Below, one piece after another: positions 39,953 through 50,545 of a stretch of 58,102 bases of DNA (its first letter is position 1; each line of letters begins with the position of its first letter). Origin of the DNA: Candidatus Heimdallarchaeota archaeon. GTDB lineage: Archaea; Asgardarchaeota; Heimdallarchaeia; Heimdallarchaeales; Heimdallarchaeaceae. A model generated the notes under the pieces. It was given only the letters and a program-made list of their open reading frames with translations, searched no databases and was not told where the DNA came from. Where the stretch lies: contig JAAFKI010000092.1 of NCBI GenBank assembly GCA_021399345.1, forward strand, positions 1-58,102. Direction: 5' to 3'. Made by a program: the position numbers and the translations under genes.

Positions 39953-42193
39953 TCAATCCAGATCATATAAGAATAAAAGCAACTTCTCAGGTGTAAGAGG
40001 TGCTGAATACTCCCATTCTTTATCTTTTCTGAAAGCTTGAGCTGCATTTTTTAAAGCTAAGTAAGTACCTATTCCATACATGAAGGGTGGTTCTCCAATA
40101 GCTTTTGATTTCAAAACAGCTTCTGGATTATCAGCATCTTCTAGAAAAGTAACTTCAATCTTAGGAGTGAAATAAAGGTTAGGTATTTTATATGTTGATA
40201 AGGAATCTGTGAAGTTTCTTCCTTTTTCAAAGACTAATTCTTCTACAGTCATCCAGCCGATTCCTTGAATTAATCCTCCTTCTGCTTGTCCTAAATCTAC
40301 AAGATAGTTTAGACTTTTTCCTGCATCGTGTACCATTTGAACTTTATCAATTGTATATGTCCCTCTTAAGCAATCAACCGTTACTTCTGTAACAGCTGTT
40401 CCATAAGCATGGTAAGCAAAAGGTCTTCCCTTCTCTTTTTTAGTATCAAAATGAATTCTAGGGGTTGCATAAAATGCTTGAGCAGAAAGATTAACTCTTT
40501 GCAAATAAGCTAAATTGACAAGTTTCTTCCAAGAAATCCCTGTTCTTTTTCCGTCTTGATAAACATACTCAGATTCTATTGAAATTGCATTTGCACTTAA
40601 TTCCTCTGCTGCAGCATTTTTCAATCGATCTATAATCTTGTTGCAAGCTATCTCTACTGCTTTTCCATTGAGGTCAGCCCCAGTGCTTGCAGCAGTTGGT
40701 GAAGTATTTATTACACGGCTAGTACTTGTGCTTTCTATCCGAATCCTTTCAGGATTAATAGAAAGGGTTTTTGCTGCGATGTGTCTGAGTTTAATGTTAA
40801 CCCCTTGACCCATTTCAATTGCGCCAGTGCTAATACTTACACTGCCATCCTTGTAAACATTAACAAGTGCTCCAGCTTGATTAAGAAAAGAAGAAGTGAA
40901 TGAAATCCCAAAACAAATGGGCATTATGGAAATTCCTTTTTTTGTAAATCGATTATTTGTATTAAAATCTTCTATCTCCTTTTTTCTTTTGTCAAAATTA
41001 GTATCTTTAACAACTTGAGAAAAACTTCGTTGTGCGTTACAATTCTCAACTTGCTGTCCATAATGAAATTGATCTCCTTCCTGGAGTAAGTTTTTCTCTT
41101 GTAAAACTGAAACTGGGATGCCTGTTACTTCAGCAGCATGTGCAATAGCACACTCTATAACAAACATTCCTTGAGGACCACCGAAGCCTCTGAAAGCAGT
41201 GAAAGGAACGATATTTGTTTTACATGGATAACCAGTTACACGGACATTGGGGATATAGTATGCATTAGTTGCATGAAATAGCGCTCGTCCAAGAACAGCT
41301 GTCGAAAGGTCAGCTGCTGCACCTGAATTTTGATAAAATTCAGCATAAAAAGCAAGTATCTTACCTTCTTCATCTAAACCTATTTTATAATCAGTTGAAT
41401 AGGGATGACGTTTACCCGTCATTTGAATATCTTCACGTCTTGTAAGAACTAGTTTAACTGGTCGGTCTGTATGGTAAACTCCGAGTGCACAGATAGCAGC
41501 CCATGGTGTAGCCTGGTCTTCTTTCCCACCAAAAGCTCCGCCAAGTCGTTTTACATCAACCTCAATTAGGTTCATATCACAGCCAAGAATTATTGAAGTT
41601 GTACCTTGAACTGTTGTAGGTGCTTGAGTACTAGAATAAATGATTATTCTGCTATTTTCATCTGGTATAGCTAGCGAAGCTTGTGTTTCAAGATATACAT
41701 GTTCTTGACCCCCCGACTCAGCTATTCCCTCAATTACAGTTGCACATTTTTCCCAAGTTGATTCAATATTTCCAATTGTTAATGTGCGTGAAGAAGAAAT
41801 CAGTAATCCTTTTTTTGCTGCCTTACGGGAGTCGAATACAGAAGGAAGTTTTTCATATTCTATGTCAATTAATTTAGTTGCCTGTTTGGCTTGCTCTTTT
41901 GTTTCAGCTAAAACTACTGCAATGGGTTGCCCAATAAATAGAACTTCTTTCTCTGCAAGGAGTTCTTCATCCTGAATAAGACGTCCTATCTGATTGTCTC
42001 CTGGAATATCTTTAGCGATAAGTACTTTGCATACACCTTCACTTTTTTCCGCTTTCTTTATATCAAGGGAGATGATTTTTCCGTGTGGTATATTTGATGT
42101 AAAGACTACTGCATATAGTAGGTTAACTGGTTCAGGTATATCATCAATATAAATCGATTCACCACGAGTGTGAGGAGAAATTAGATCCTTCAT
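39953..42193 (-). CDS. xdhB: Xanthine dehydrogenase molybdopterin subunit
   Basis: QEHVYLE, RLGGAFGGKE, AFRGFGGPQG, EMGQG, SKAIGEPP (xanthine-oxidoreductase-type catalytic Glu residues present). Confidence 0.92.
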   Translation of the reverse strand: MKDLISPHTRGESIYIDDIPEPVNLLYAVVFTSNIPHGKIISLDIKKAEKSEGVCKVLIAKDIPGDNQIGRLIQDEELLAEKEVLFIGQPIAVVLAETKEQAKQATKLIDIEYEKLPSVFDSRKAAKKGLLISSSRTLTIGNIESTWEKCATVIEGIAESGGQEHVYLETQASLAIPDENSRIIIYSSTQAPTTVQGTTSIILGCDMNLIEVDVKRLGGAFGGKEDQATPWAAICALGVYHTDRPVKLVLTRREDIQMTGKRHPYSTDYKIGLDEEGKILAFYAEFYQNSGAAADLSTAVLGRALFHATNAYYIPNVRVTGYPCKTNIVPFTAFRGFGGPQGMFVIECAIAHAAEVTGIPVSVLQEKNLLQEGDQFHYGQQVENCNAQRSFSQVVKDTNFDKRKKEIEDFNTNNRFTKKGISIMPICFGISFTSSFLNQAGALVNVYKDGSVSISTGAIEMGQGVNIKLRHIAAKTLSINPERIRIESTSTSRVINTSPTAASTGADLNGKAVEIACNKIIDRLKNAAAEELSANAISIESEYVYQDGKRTGISWKKLVNLAYLQRVNLSAQAFYATPRIHFDTKKEKGRPFAYHAYGTAVTEVTVDCLRGTYTIDKVQMVHDAGKSLNYLVDLGQAEGGLIQGIGWMTVEELVFEKGRNFTDSLSTYKIPNLYFTPKIEVTFLEDADNPEAVLKSKAIGEPPFMYGIGTYLALKNAAQAFRKDKEWEYSAPLTPEKLLLFLYDLD

Positions 42194-43563
42194 ATTGATA
42201 CCTCCAAATCAGGAAATAGTGTTAAGAAGTGAGCATAAATTAACTGTCTAAGGAGTAATCTCTTGTAACGAGCTGATCCTCGAACATCATCTATTGGACT
42301 AACCTCAGAATCGGCAATTTTTACAGCTTCTTTTATAATATCTTCTGAGATTTTCTTGTTCTCAAGATAATTAGAAGTTTTTCCCAGATACTTAGGAACA
42401 GGAGCTACTCCTCCAGCAGATAAATGAGCGTTTTGTATTTTATCATTGTTTAAATCAAATGAAATAGCACTGTTGACACTAGCAATGTCCATATATTTCC
42501 TTCGCGCTACTTTTTCAAAGTTAAACAACCTCTCTTTTTTATTGATTCTAAGCCACTCAATTATCTCCCCCGTCTTAATATCCATTATTTTATAATCTTT
42601 GTAAAAATCTCTAAGTTTGATAATTCTCCCATCTCTTTCATTCTTAAGACTTATTTCTGCGTCTAGAGCAAGAAAATAGATAATAAGATCCCCAATAGGA
42701 GAAGCATTAACGAGATTTCCTCCTAAAGTAGCTTGTAACCTAATAGGATAAGCGGAAACTAGAGATATGTCTTGTTTAGTATTAAAAAGAGCATTTAGCT
42801 CTTCTGAAACACGTATATCTTCCATCGATGTCGTTGCACCAATATAGATGTAATTTCCATCTAAATGTATTCCTGAGAGCTCTTTTTCTGATAAAAAGAT
42901 TGGGTCAGATAGACTTTCCTGCTGAACTAGCAAATCTGTTGCTCCAGCAACAATAGTCCCTTCTTTTAGCAGTTTTGTACTACTCGATTCTTTTAGTTTA
43001 TCTAGCTTATCTGGTATATCTGAAAAATAATCTGGTAGAATACCAATTTCAATGAGTTTTTGGATTCTTTCTTGTGATTTTTTGTCTTCAACTGAGATTT
43101 CCTTTGCTAACTTCTCTGCTGATCTAATAATTGCAGCATAGGCACCACATCGACATAAATTCCCTTCAATAGATGTCAGAATATCCTTTTTCTCAAGTTT
43201 TTCATTTAGGAAAAAACCAGTCAAACTAACGACGAACCCTGGTGTACAAAAACCGCACTGACTTGCTCCCTCGTCTACCAACGCTTGTTGAATGGGACTT
43301 AATTTCTCCTGATTTAAGCCTTCAATTGTTACAACATGTTTGCCAACAATTTCACCAAGAGGGAGAATACAGGATGTAGCAGCTTTATATTCAACATTTT
43401 TATCCTTTAACTCTCCAAGAAGAATCATACAAACACCACATTCACCTTCGTGGCATGCTTCCTTGACTCCTTTCATACCTTTATTTCGCAGGAAATCAAG
43501 AGTGGAGTTACCTAATGGTTCATCTATTTTTACTATTTCTTGGTTGAGAATAAATTTCATCAT
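42190..43563 (-). CDS. xdhA: Xanthine dehydrogenase 2Fe-2S/FAD subunit
   Basis: CHEGECGVC, SQCGFCTPG, GNLCRC, AGATDL, GGNLVNASPIGD. Confidence 0.92.
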   Translation of the reverse strand: MMKFILNQEIVKIDEPLGNSTLDFLRNKGMKGVKEACHEGECGVCMILLGELKDKNVEYKAATSCILPLGEIVGKHVVTIEGLNQEKLSPIQQALVDEGASQCGFCTPGFVVSLTGFFLNEKLEKKDILTSIEGNLCRCGAYAAIIRSAEKLAKEISVEDKKSQERIQKLIEIGILPDYFSDIPDKLDKLKESSSTKLLKEGTIVAGATDLLVQQESLSDPIFLSEKELSGIHLDGNYIYIGATTSMEDIRVSEELNALFNTKQDISLVSAYPIRLQATLGGNLVNASPIGDLIIYFLALDAEISLKNERDGRIIKLRDFYKDYKIMDIKTGEIIEWLRINKKERLFNFEKVARRKYMDIASVNSAISFDLNNDKIQNAHLSAGGVAPVPKYLGKTSNYLENKKISEDIIKEAVKIADSEVSPIDDVRGSARYKRLLLRQLIYAHFLTLFPDLEVSI

Positions 43564-44771
43564 TCAAACCTTTTTTCTAAATCCTTAATTGATATAGATT
43601 CTGTGTTGATTACACCTTCAACTGCATTGATATCTTTAAGTCCATTACCAGTGATAACAAGACAAACAGTATCTGATTCAGTTATTTTTTCTTCATAAAT
43701 AAGTTTTTTCAGCCCACCATAAGGTACTGCTCCAGCTGGTTCTGCGAATAAACCAGTTTCTTTTCCTAATTCGACTATAGCATCTAGAATTTCTTCATCT
43801 GTGAGTGAGATGAAATAACCATCGCAAGCTTCAATATAGGTACAAGCTTTAATGACATCACGTGGCTTACCAACAGAGATACTATCCGCGATAGTCTTAC
43901 CTATGATCGCTATAGGCGTATATGGTTTTCCTTTATCAAATACTTCCTTTATCGCGGGTATACCTTCAGCTTGAACACCAATAATACGGGGAATCTTGTC
44001 TGTTAAACCAACTTCTTTGAATTCCCAAAATCCTTTGTAAAGAGAGCTAATTACTGTTCCATCACCCACTCCTACAAGAACATAATCAGGTACAACAAAA
44101 TCATTCTGAATTATTATCTCAAATGCTCCAGTTTTCTTTCCTTCAAGAAGATAGGGATTAATTGCAGCATGTCTACAGTACCATCCTTTTTTGAGTCCAA
44201 TATCTAGAGACACATCATAAACCTCATCATATGTTCCTTCAACAGCCATTACCTCTGCTCCTGAAATTTCAAGCTGAGCTCTTTTCCCAGCGGGAATTGA
44301 AGCTGGAACAAAAATATACGTTCTCATCCCAGTAGGTGCGTTGAGAATAGCTAAAGACGATGCAGCATTACCTGTTGATGCACAGAATAAAATATCAGCT
44401 CCTTCATCAATTGCTCTGTTGATTGCAATAGAACTCGCACGATCTTTATAAGAACTAGAGGGGTTGGAGCCATCATATTTTACAAGAACATCTTTGATTC
44501 CAAGAAGATTGAATTTGTACAATGGTGTTCCACCAACATAATCATCAAATTTCCCCTTTGGTTTTGTAGGAAGTAGAAAATCAAACTGGTACATTGAAGC
44601 CTTATTATCAAACTTCTTCTCAGTTACTGACGAGCTTTTCTTAATTGTTTTGTAATCATAAATTACTTCCAAAGTACCCATAATATATCCACAAGATTCG
44701 CAATAATAGAGACCGGGTTTAGGATCAAATTCTTTTTTGCAACTAATACATTTCAATATGTGATTGCTCAT
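43560..44771 (-). CDS. Threonine-synthase-like fold-type II PLP enzyme
   Basis: N-terminal CxxC..CxxC, SYKDR PLP lysine, ASTGNAA, EGKKT, TGNGLKD; stop overlaps the xdhA start. Confidence 0.85.
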   Translation of the reverse strand: MSNHILKCISCKKEFDPKPGLYYCESCGYIMGTLEVIYDYKTIKKSSSVTEKKFDNKASMYQFDFLLPTKPKGKFDDYVGGTPLYKFNLLGIKDVLVKYDGSNPSSSYKDRASSIAINRAIDEGADILFCASTGNAASSLAILNAPTGMRTYIFVPASIPAGKRAQLEISGAEVMAVEGTYDEVYDVSLDIGLKKGWYCRHAAINPYLLEGKKTGAFEIIIQNDFVVPDYVLVGVGDGTVISSLYKGFWEFKEVGLTDKIPRIIGVQAEGIPAIKEVFDKGKPYTPIAIIGKTIADSISVGKPRDVIKACTYIEACDGYFISLTDEEILDAIVELGKETGLFAEPAGAVPYGGLKKLIYEEKITESDTVCLVITGNGLKDINAVEGVINTESISIKDLEKRFE

Positions 44772-44901
44772 TAAATAACACCGTATATGCTAATAAGAAT
44801 TGTCCATTTCTTAAGAATTTTCGTTGAATTAATACAAATTCTCCTTTTCTTGGTGTATTTTCCAAAAACTTGAATAGTTTAAAGGAGTATATCTAATCGA
44901 A

Positions 44902-45840
44902 ATGAAATATGTATTCGGACCTGTACCTTCTCGAAGGTTAGGAAGATCACTCGGTATTAGTCCAATTCCTCCTAAAACATGTAATTATTCTTGTATTTAT
45001 TGTCAACTAGGAAGAACATCTGTTTTAACAAATGATAGAAAGATGTTTTTTCCAGTACAAGACATTGTTCAAGAAGTCAAACAAGCGCTTGAGAAAGAGC
45101 ATGTAATAGATTATATCACAATTGTTGGAGATGGTGAGCCTACTCTTTACTTGGGTTTAGGAGAACTGATAGAAGAGATTAAGAAAGTCACGAATATTCC
45201 TGTTGCTGTTATAACTAACGGAGCTCTTCTTTACAAACAAGAAGTGAGAAAGGATTTACTCTTATCAGACGTGGTTCTGCCAACATTAGATGCTGTTGAC
45301 GAAAGAACATTTCGAATAATAAATCGTCCTCATAAGGATTTGAGACTAGATCTAATCAAAGAGGGAATGAAGAAATTTCGAGAAGAGTTTTCTAATCAAA
45401 TTTGGATGGAAGTAATGCTAGTTAAAGATAAAAATGATTCAAAGGAAACCACATTAGCAATAAAAGAGTTTCTTGATGAGTTGAAAGTCGACAAAACCTT
45501 CATTAATGTGCCAATTCGCCCTCCCGCTGAATCTTGGGTAAAAATCCCAACTAATGAAGTTCTAGCGGAAGCACAAAGAAGTCTCAACGCCGAAAGTATA
45601 GCCCATTTTGAGAACCTACTTATTGAAAGCGTTGATAGAGATGCATCACCAGAAGATCAGATATTAAGTATAACAAAAAGACATCCTTTACGAGAAGATC
45701 AGATAATGACTCTTTTCCCTGATCTAAGCGAAGAAGAAATCAAAAAAATGCTTGATGGAATGAGTAAGAAAAGATTGATCAAAATAGAAAAATACATGAA
45801 TCATCTTTTCTGGACTGCCAAAGAAGAAAAAAAGACATAA
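44902..45840 (+). CDS. Radical SAM protein (GPVPSRRLG family)
   Basis: CNYSCIYC, GEPTL, TNG. Confidence 0.88.
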   Translation: MKYVFGPVPSRRLGRSLGISPIPPKTCNYSCIYCQLGRTSVLTNDRKMFFPVQDIVQEVKQALEKEHVIDYITIVGDGEPTLYLGLGELIEEIKKVTNIPVAVITNGALLYKQEVRKDLLLSDVVLPTLDAVDERTFRIINRPHKDLRLDLIKEGMKKFREEFSNQIWMEVMLVKDKNDSKETTLAIKEFLDELKVDKTFINVPIRPPAESWVKIPTNEVLAEAQRSLNAESIAHFENLLIESVDRDASPEDQILSITKRHPLREDQIMTLFPDLSEEEIKKMLDGMSKKRLIKIEKYMNHLFWTAKEEKKT

Positions 45841-45910
45841 AACTGCTATTTTCTTCTTTCCCTTGATGATTTTAAGACTAATCCTGTCAATAATTCAGAG
45901 AAACAATTCT

Positions 45911-46987
45911 TTATTTTCGTAAGACCCCATATATAGCATCTTGTGGGCAACGAGATTCACACAAACCACAGTGTATGCATTTCTCTTTATCAACGATGAT
46001 GGTTTCTTCTGCAGTTAAAGCTCCAGCTGGACAGATACGAACACATAGCATACACATGTTACATTTTTCATTGAAAGATGGATAGTTATCTACAGATGTA
46101 TCTACATCCTTGAAAACGGTCTCTTTTCTAATTTGCCTAATCTCTTCAATTGATGAAAAACCATATTTTTCAAGAGCTGCTGGAAGATCTTTTATTATTT
46201 TATCATATAAACGTCTTCCTTTAATTAGAGCAGAAGAAAGCATTTGCACAAGATCAGATCCAGCAAGAATGAATTCAATTACATCTTCAGCCTTTCCTAT
46301 CCCTCCTACACCGATAATTGGTATATCTGGATATGCTTTCCTAATGTTGTAAATTCTATGAATTGCAATAGGCTTGATAGAAGGACCACTCATCCATATT
46401 TGCTCTGCTAGAAGAACTGAGCGTTTTTTCAAATCTATCGCAGTTCCTGGTCCTAGTGAATTTATGGCAACAATCCCTGTTGCTCCAGCATCAATTACTG
46501 TTTTAACAAATCCTAGAAAATCATCTACATGAGGACTGAGTTTCATAAAAACTGGTTTGTCAGTATTTTCTCGAATACTCTTTACTATACCAGCAAGATT
46601 TTCTTTAACATAGTGAGTTGAAATCTCAAACATATCTGCAAAAGGATCAAGTTTAGGTATAAGATATCTAAAATCCTCTTCTTGATAACCAGCACTTATG
46701 ATTATTGGTTTTTTCTTCTCTTTGAGTATTGTAGGAAGAATTTCATTTATCCATTCATCTGAGTGCAGTTCAGACCATAGTTCACAATTGTAAATAGTTG
46801 TAGTTGTTCCAGCTATGCAAGGTTTCGGAACTATTGCTCCTTCAACTGAAATTGTCTTTGCAACATTATAACCACACAAATTATTATTGAAAAATTGCAT
46901 GTTTTCTAGACCTTCAACAATTGGTCCTGCTGCAGGTCCTAGAGGATTTTCGAAATGTAGTCCTAGAAGTTTTACTGATAGATCCAT
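45911..46987 (-). CDS. DHODH/PreA-like FMN enzyme with C-terminal 2x[4Fe-4S] ferredoxin
   Basis: NPLGPAAGP, AKTIS, MKLSP, AINS, SGPSIKP, GVGGI; CNMCMLCVRICP and CIHCGLCESRCP. Confidence 0.8.
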   Translation of the reverse strand: MDLSVKLLGLHFENPLGPAAGPIVEGLENMQFFNNNLCGYNVAKTISVEGAIVPKPCIAGTTTTIYNCELWSELHSDEWINEILPTILKEKKKPIIISAGYQEEDFRYLIPKLDPFADMFEISTHYVKENLAGIVKSIRENTDKPVFMKLSPHVDDFLGFVKTVIDAGATGIVAINSLGPGTAIDLKKRSVLLAEQIWMSGPSIKPIAIHRIYNIRKAYPDIPIIGVGGIGKAEDVIEFILAGSDLVQMLSSALIKGRRLYDKIIKDLPAALEKYGFSSIEEIRQIRKETVFKDVDTSVDNYPSFNEKCNMCMLCVRICPAGALTAEETIIVDKEKCIHCGLCESRCPQDAIYGVLRK

Positions 46988-48280
46988 TTAAGCATCACCT
47001 AACCTTTTCCATAAGGCTTTAGATGCCTTATGAGCGTCCTTATATAATTTTTCCTCATCAAAAATACTTTTGTAATTTTCAATGAGTGTTTTTCCTTTAA
47101 CTATCACACATGATGGTTTGAAGTTATCAAATAACCCAAAGAAGACATGACCAAAAGCGTTATTTCTATCCATATCTGTAGGATTAAGATAAGGAACGAG
47201 AACAAAATCAGCAACATAGCCCTCCTTAATCTTACCAATTTTTATTCCCATTTGACGACCAAAGTAATCATATGAACCATTAATGTATTTTAGTAACTCG
47301 TCAAACCCAATACCAGCTGCATCGTTTATCCCTGCTTTACCAGCAAAAAAGAAATAAGTCCATTCTTTTGCAATGTTTGTACCAAGACCATCATTACCAA
47401 TGAGTATCTGAATATCGTTATTGCGAAACATATCAATGTTAAAAGCACCAACGGCATTGTTCATATTAGATGTTGGATTGAGAGCAATAACGGCTTTATT
47501 CTGGCTTATGTATTTAGCTTCATCTTCATCAATGTGAACACAATGAGCGAGAATAGAATCTTTATTCAAAAGACCGTAGTTTAGATAACGATTAACAACT
47601 CTCATTCTATATTTTTCAATTGAATCTTCTTCATCCTCTATACTTTCAGCAACATGAACATGAATGGGAGCACCTTTTAGAACCCTTGAAACTTTATCGA
47701 GAGTTTCTTCTGAAAGACTCATAGAAGCATGCAAGCCGAACATTCCTTTAGAGTCAAAAGAATCATATTTCAAACCAGCTAAGTTTTCTTCAATACATTC
47801 TTCAACATTAAATCGATCACTGGTTTCAAAACAGAAAATTCCACGCATACCAAGCTTATCAACAATAGCTTTCTTTAGTGCCTCAAGACTACCTATAATG
47901 TCTATTCCACTTGCATGATGATCTATTAATGAAGTTACACCATTTTTCAACGATTCCAAACCATAAACCATTGCACTATGGAAAGTAGAGGTATTATCTA
48001 GCTTGCTATCGAACTTCCACCAGAGCTGTTCTAGAATGTCTCTGAAACTCTTAGGATTAAAAGGAATGGAAGCTCCTCGAACAAGTGTAGAATAGATATG
48101 GGTGTGAGAATTGATAAGTCCTGGAAGGAGAATTTTGTTCTTACCGTCAATAATTTCACCATCAAAATCAGGAAAATTCTTCATATTTCCGACTGCGTTG
48201 ATTTCTTTACCGTAAATACAAAAACCGTTTTCAATATAGGATTCATAATCATAAATTTTAACATTGATTATAGCCTTCAT
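46988..48280 (-). CDS. ssnA: SsnA-like amidohydrolase
   Basis: NSHTHIYS, LEQLWWK.D, DHHASG, GLHASMSLS, HVAES, HCVH, SNMNNAVG; start 48280 or 48304. Confidence 0.8.
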   Translation of the reverse strand: MKAIINVKIYDYESYIENGFCIYGKEINAVGNMKNFPDFDGEIIDGKNKILLPGLINSHTHIYSTLVRGASIPFNPKSFRDILEQLWWKFDSKLDNTSTFHSAMVYGLESLKNGVTSLIDHHASGIDIIGSLEALKKAIVDKLGMRGIFCFETSDRFNVEECIEENLAGLKYDSFDSKGMFGLHASMSLSEETLDKVSRVLKGAPIHVHVAESIEDEEDSIEKYRMRVVNRYLNYGLLNKDSILAHCVHIDEDEAKYISQNKAVIALNPTSNMNNAVGAFNIDMFRNNDIQILIGNDGLGTNIAKEWTYFFFAGKAGINDAAGIGFDELLKYINGSYDYFGRQMGIKIGKIKEGYVADFVLVPYLNPTDMDRNNAFGHVFFGLFDNFKPSCVIVKGKTLIENYKSIFDEEKLYKDAHKASKALWKRLGDA

Positions 48281-48583
48281 GGTTTTACAATACTTTACTT
48301 TCATATGAATTTTGTCTTTAGAAACTATTTTAGAAAAAAAGAGAAGAGAATGAAGACTCTATTTCTTTCGTCTTAAAAATATACCTATAAAATTTGAAAA
48401 AAGAGAAAGATAAACCTGTAATAATTTCTGAAGGGATGGAAATTACACATTTAATGGGAAGCTATAAGGCAAATAATTATTTGCAAAAAGATCTGATTAA
48501 TTTACAAGAACAGCCTTTTAACTTAAGTCTCCCAGCAAATCAAGATAAATAGTTGTTAAAAAAGAAAACGAGTGGAAGCATGT

Positions 48584-50428
48584 TTATCTAAACTTCTTCC
48601 TTTTTAATATACTACTAATTGATATAATTGAGATAATGCTCAAGAATATTAACAAAATACTCAATTGTTGAAATTCTGGCACAACTGCAATTACAGTAAC
48701 GACTATGGTACTAGCAATAGAATTACCAGCAATGTCATAGAAAACAGTTGTATAGTTATGTACCCCTGTAATTAATCCATCAACATTCAGATTGATTATA
48801 TCAAAGCTTCTCCAAACTGTAGATCTAAAAATTGAACCATTTAGCATCATTTGGTAGAACCTTGGATATTGTTCAGATGCTTGCCAATGAATAGCATTCC
48901 CTGTTTCACCTTCAGTATAATCTAGGTCAGCAGCTTTTACTACAATAACAGGACTTATTGAATCTACAATTACATATGGATCAACAGAACCTGCTGAACC
49001 TTCTATAATATAATCTCCAGAACCCGAATAATCAGAATAATAATTACCTGTCTGAGTACTTTCATCAAACCATGTATTATTGAATCCTTCATCTAGAGCT
49101 TCAGAAATACCTCCAGGATTATTATTCAGGAAGAAATTATTGTGTATAGTGTTATTATTACATCCTGAATCAAAATTTATACCATAAAATCCAGAAGGAC
49201 TATTTTCAAAGATATTGTATGCAATTGTAGTTAAATCAAATGAATGGAACCTTAAACCTTGTCCTGAATTGATTATTGTATTATTGTATACATATCCTAC
49301 TGCATTGCTTTGATATCTAATTCCATATCCAGAATTATTTTCTATAGTGTTATTGAAACAAGTAATATTTGGAGAATTAACGGCTATTACTCCAAAATCA
49401 CTGTCGTGCAGGTAACAGTTGCGTATCATTGTATTAACGCTCGTACTAACATCAATTGCACCATAAGCACTAACAAATCCCACCTCACAATCCTCAATAA
49501 GAGTGTTCCAACCTATAACTTTGATTCCATTGAACTGATTATTGAGGCATGTATTGTTAATCAGATTTAATCCGTTAACTTCTACACAATTTATCGATAT
49601 TGCAGTATTTCCAATTACTTGATCTCTTATGGTAACGTTATCACCATCACCGATGATTATTTGTCCATAAATATTATCAGAAATTACTAAGTCTTGAGGA
49701 TTAGCAAAGAAGCCTAATGGTTTTCCATTGACGTAGTTATTTGTAACTATATGATCATGGAACCAAGCACCATTTGTATAAATATTAAAACCTGTATCAA
49801 TACAAGTATTATTCTCAATTATTGCAGATTGAGCATTTGCTAGATAGACTACTTGACTACCAATGAAGGTGTTATTTATTATTTTCATTCCATCACTAAA
49901 GTAAATTCTAGCTGAATATTGACCACAATTTTGTATAGTATTATTGACAACTTCGAGATCATCTAGATTATTGATGTATATTCCGTGGTTTGTATTTACA
50001 AGTGTATTATTCTCAATTTGAACTTGACCTGCAACTGGACCTTCAATATTAATTGCATATTGTTCTGCATCAATATAGCAATCTTCAATAGTAAAATATG
50101 ATGAAACGCCTGAAATTTGAATGCCATAAGAGTTTGAGGTTTCTATTTTCAACTCTTCTATTTTGTACGGATCGCCATTTATACCAGAACCTGAGAAACC
50201 TAGATTAGTAAAATCACTTTCTTCATCTATCAATATTGGACCACTAATTGTGTAGTCCAAATCATCAATATTTCCACTTTCAATGTCTGTTATTGCTTGA
50301 ATCTGGAAACTAGCATTAGGGTTAAAACCTAGACTCAAAACTATACTCAAAGATATTATTGTACAAATTATATGTATGCGTTTATTCAATATTGTCTCAC
50401 TTCTATTTATTGTATTTATGATGAGCAT
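48584..50428 (-). CDS. Secreted NosD/CASH-like beta-helix protein with Ig-like domain and C-terminal TM
   Basis: GFSGSG..DPYKIE, NNT repeats, GNYYSDY..DPY, then G.HNYT..D.AGN Ig-like segment and VPEF plus TM tail. Confidence 0.85.
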   Translation of the reverse strand: MLIINTINRSETILNKRIHIICTIISLSIVLSLGFNPNASFQIQAITDIESGNIDDLDYTISGPILIDEESDFTNLGFSGSGINGDPYKIEELKIETSNSYGIQISGVSSYFTIEDCYIDAEQYAINIEGPVAGQVQIENNTLVNTNHGIYINNLDDLEVVNNTIQNCGQYSARIYFSDGMKIINNTFIGSQVVYLANAQSAIIENNTCIDTGFNIYTNGAWFHDHIVTNNYVNGKPLGFFANPQDLVISDNIYGQIIIGDGDNVTIRDQVIGNTAISINCVEVNGLNLINNTCLNNQFNGIKVIGWNTLIEDCEVGFVSAYGAIDVSTSVNTMIRNCYLHDSDFGVIAVNSPNITCFNNTIENNSGYGIRYQSNAVGYVYNNTIINSGQGLRFHSFDLTTIAYNIFENSPSGFYGINFDSGCNNNTIHNNFFLNNNPGGISEALDEGFNNTWFDESTQTGNYYSDYSGSGDYIIEGSAGSVDPYVIVDSISPVIVVKAADLDYTEGETGNAIHWQASEQYPRFYQMMLNGSIFRSTVWRSFDIINLNVDGLITGVHNYTTVFYDIAGNSIASTIVVTVIAVVPEFQQLSILLIFLSIISIISISSILKRKKFR

Positions 50429-50545
50429 ATATCGATAAATGTAGTTTATAATTGTTTTGCATAATTTTTACAAAGTTTGACTTCCCAATCTAAATGTCAT
50501 CATGATACTGAAAATAATATATATTAGATTTGTATTTGAAGAACA

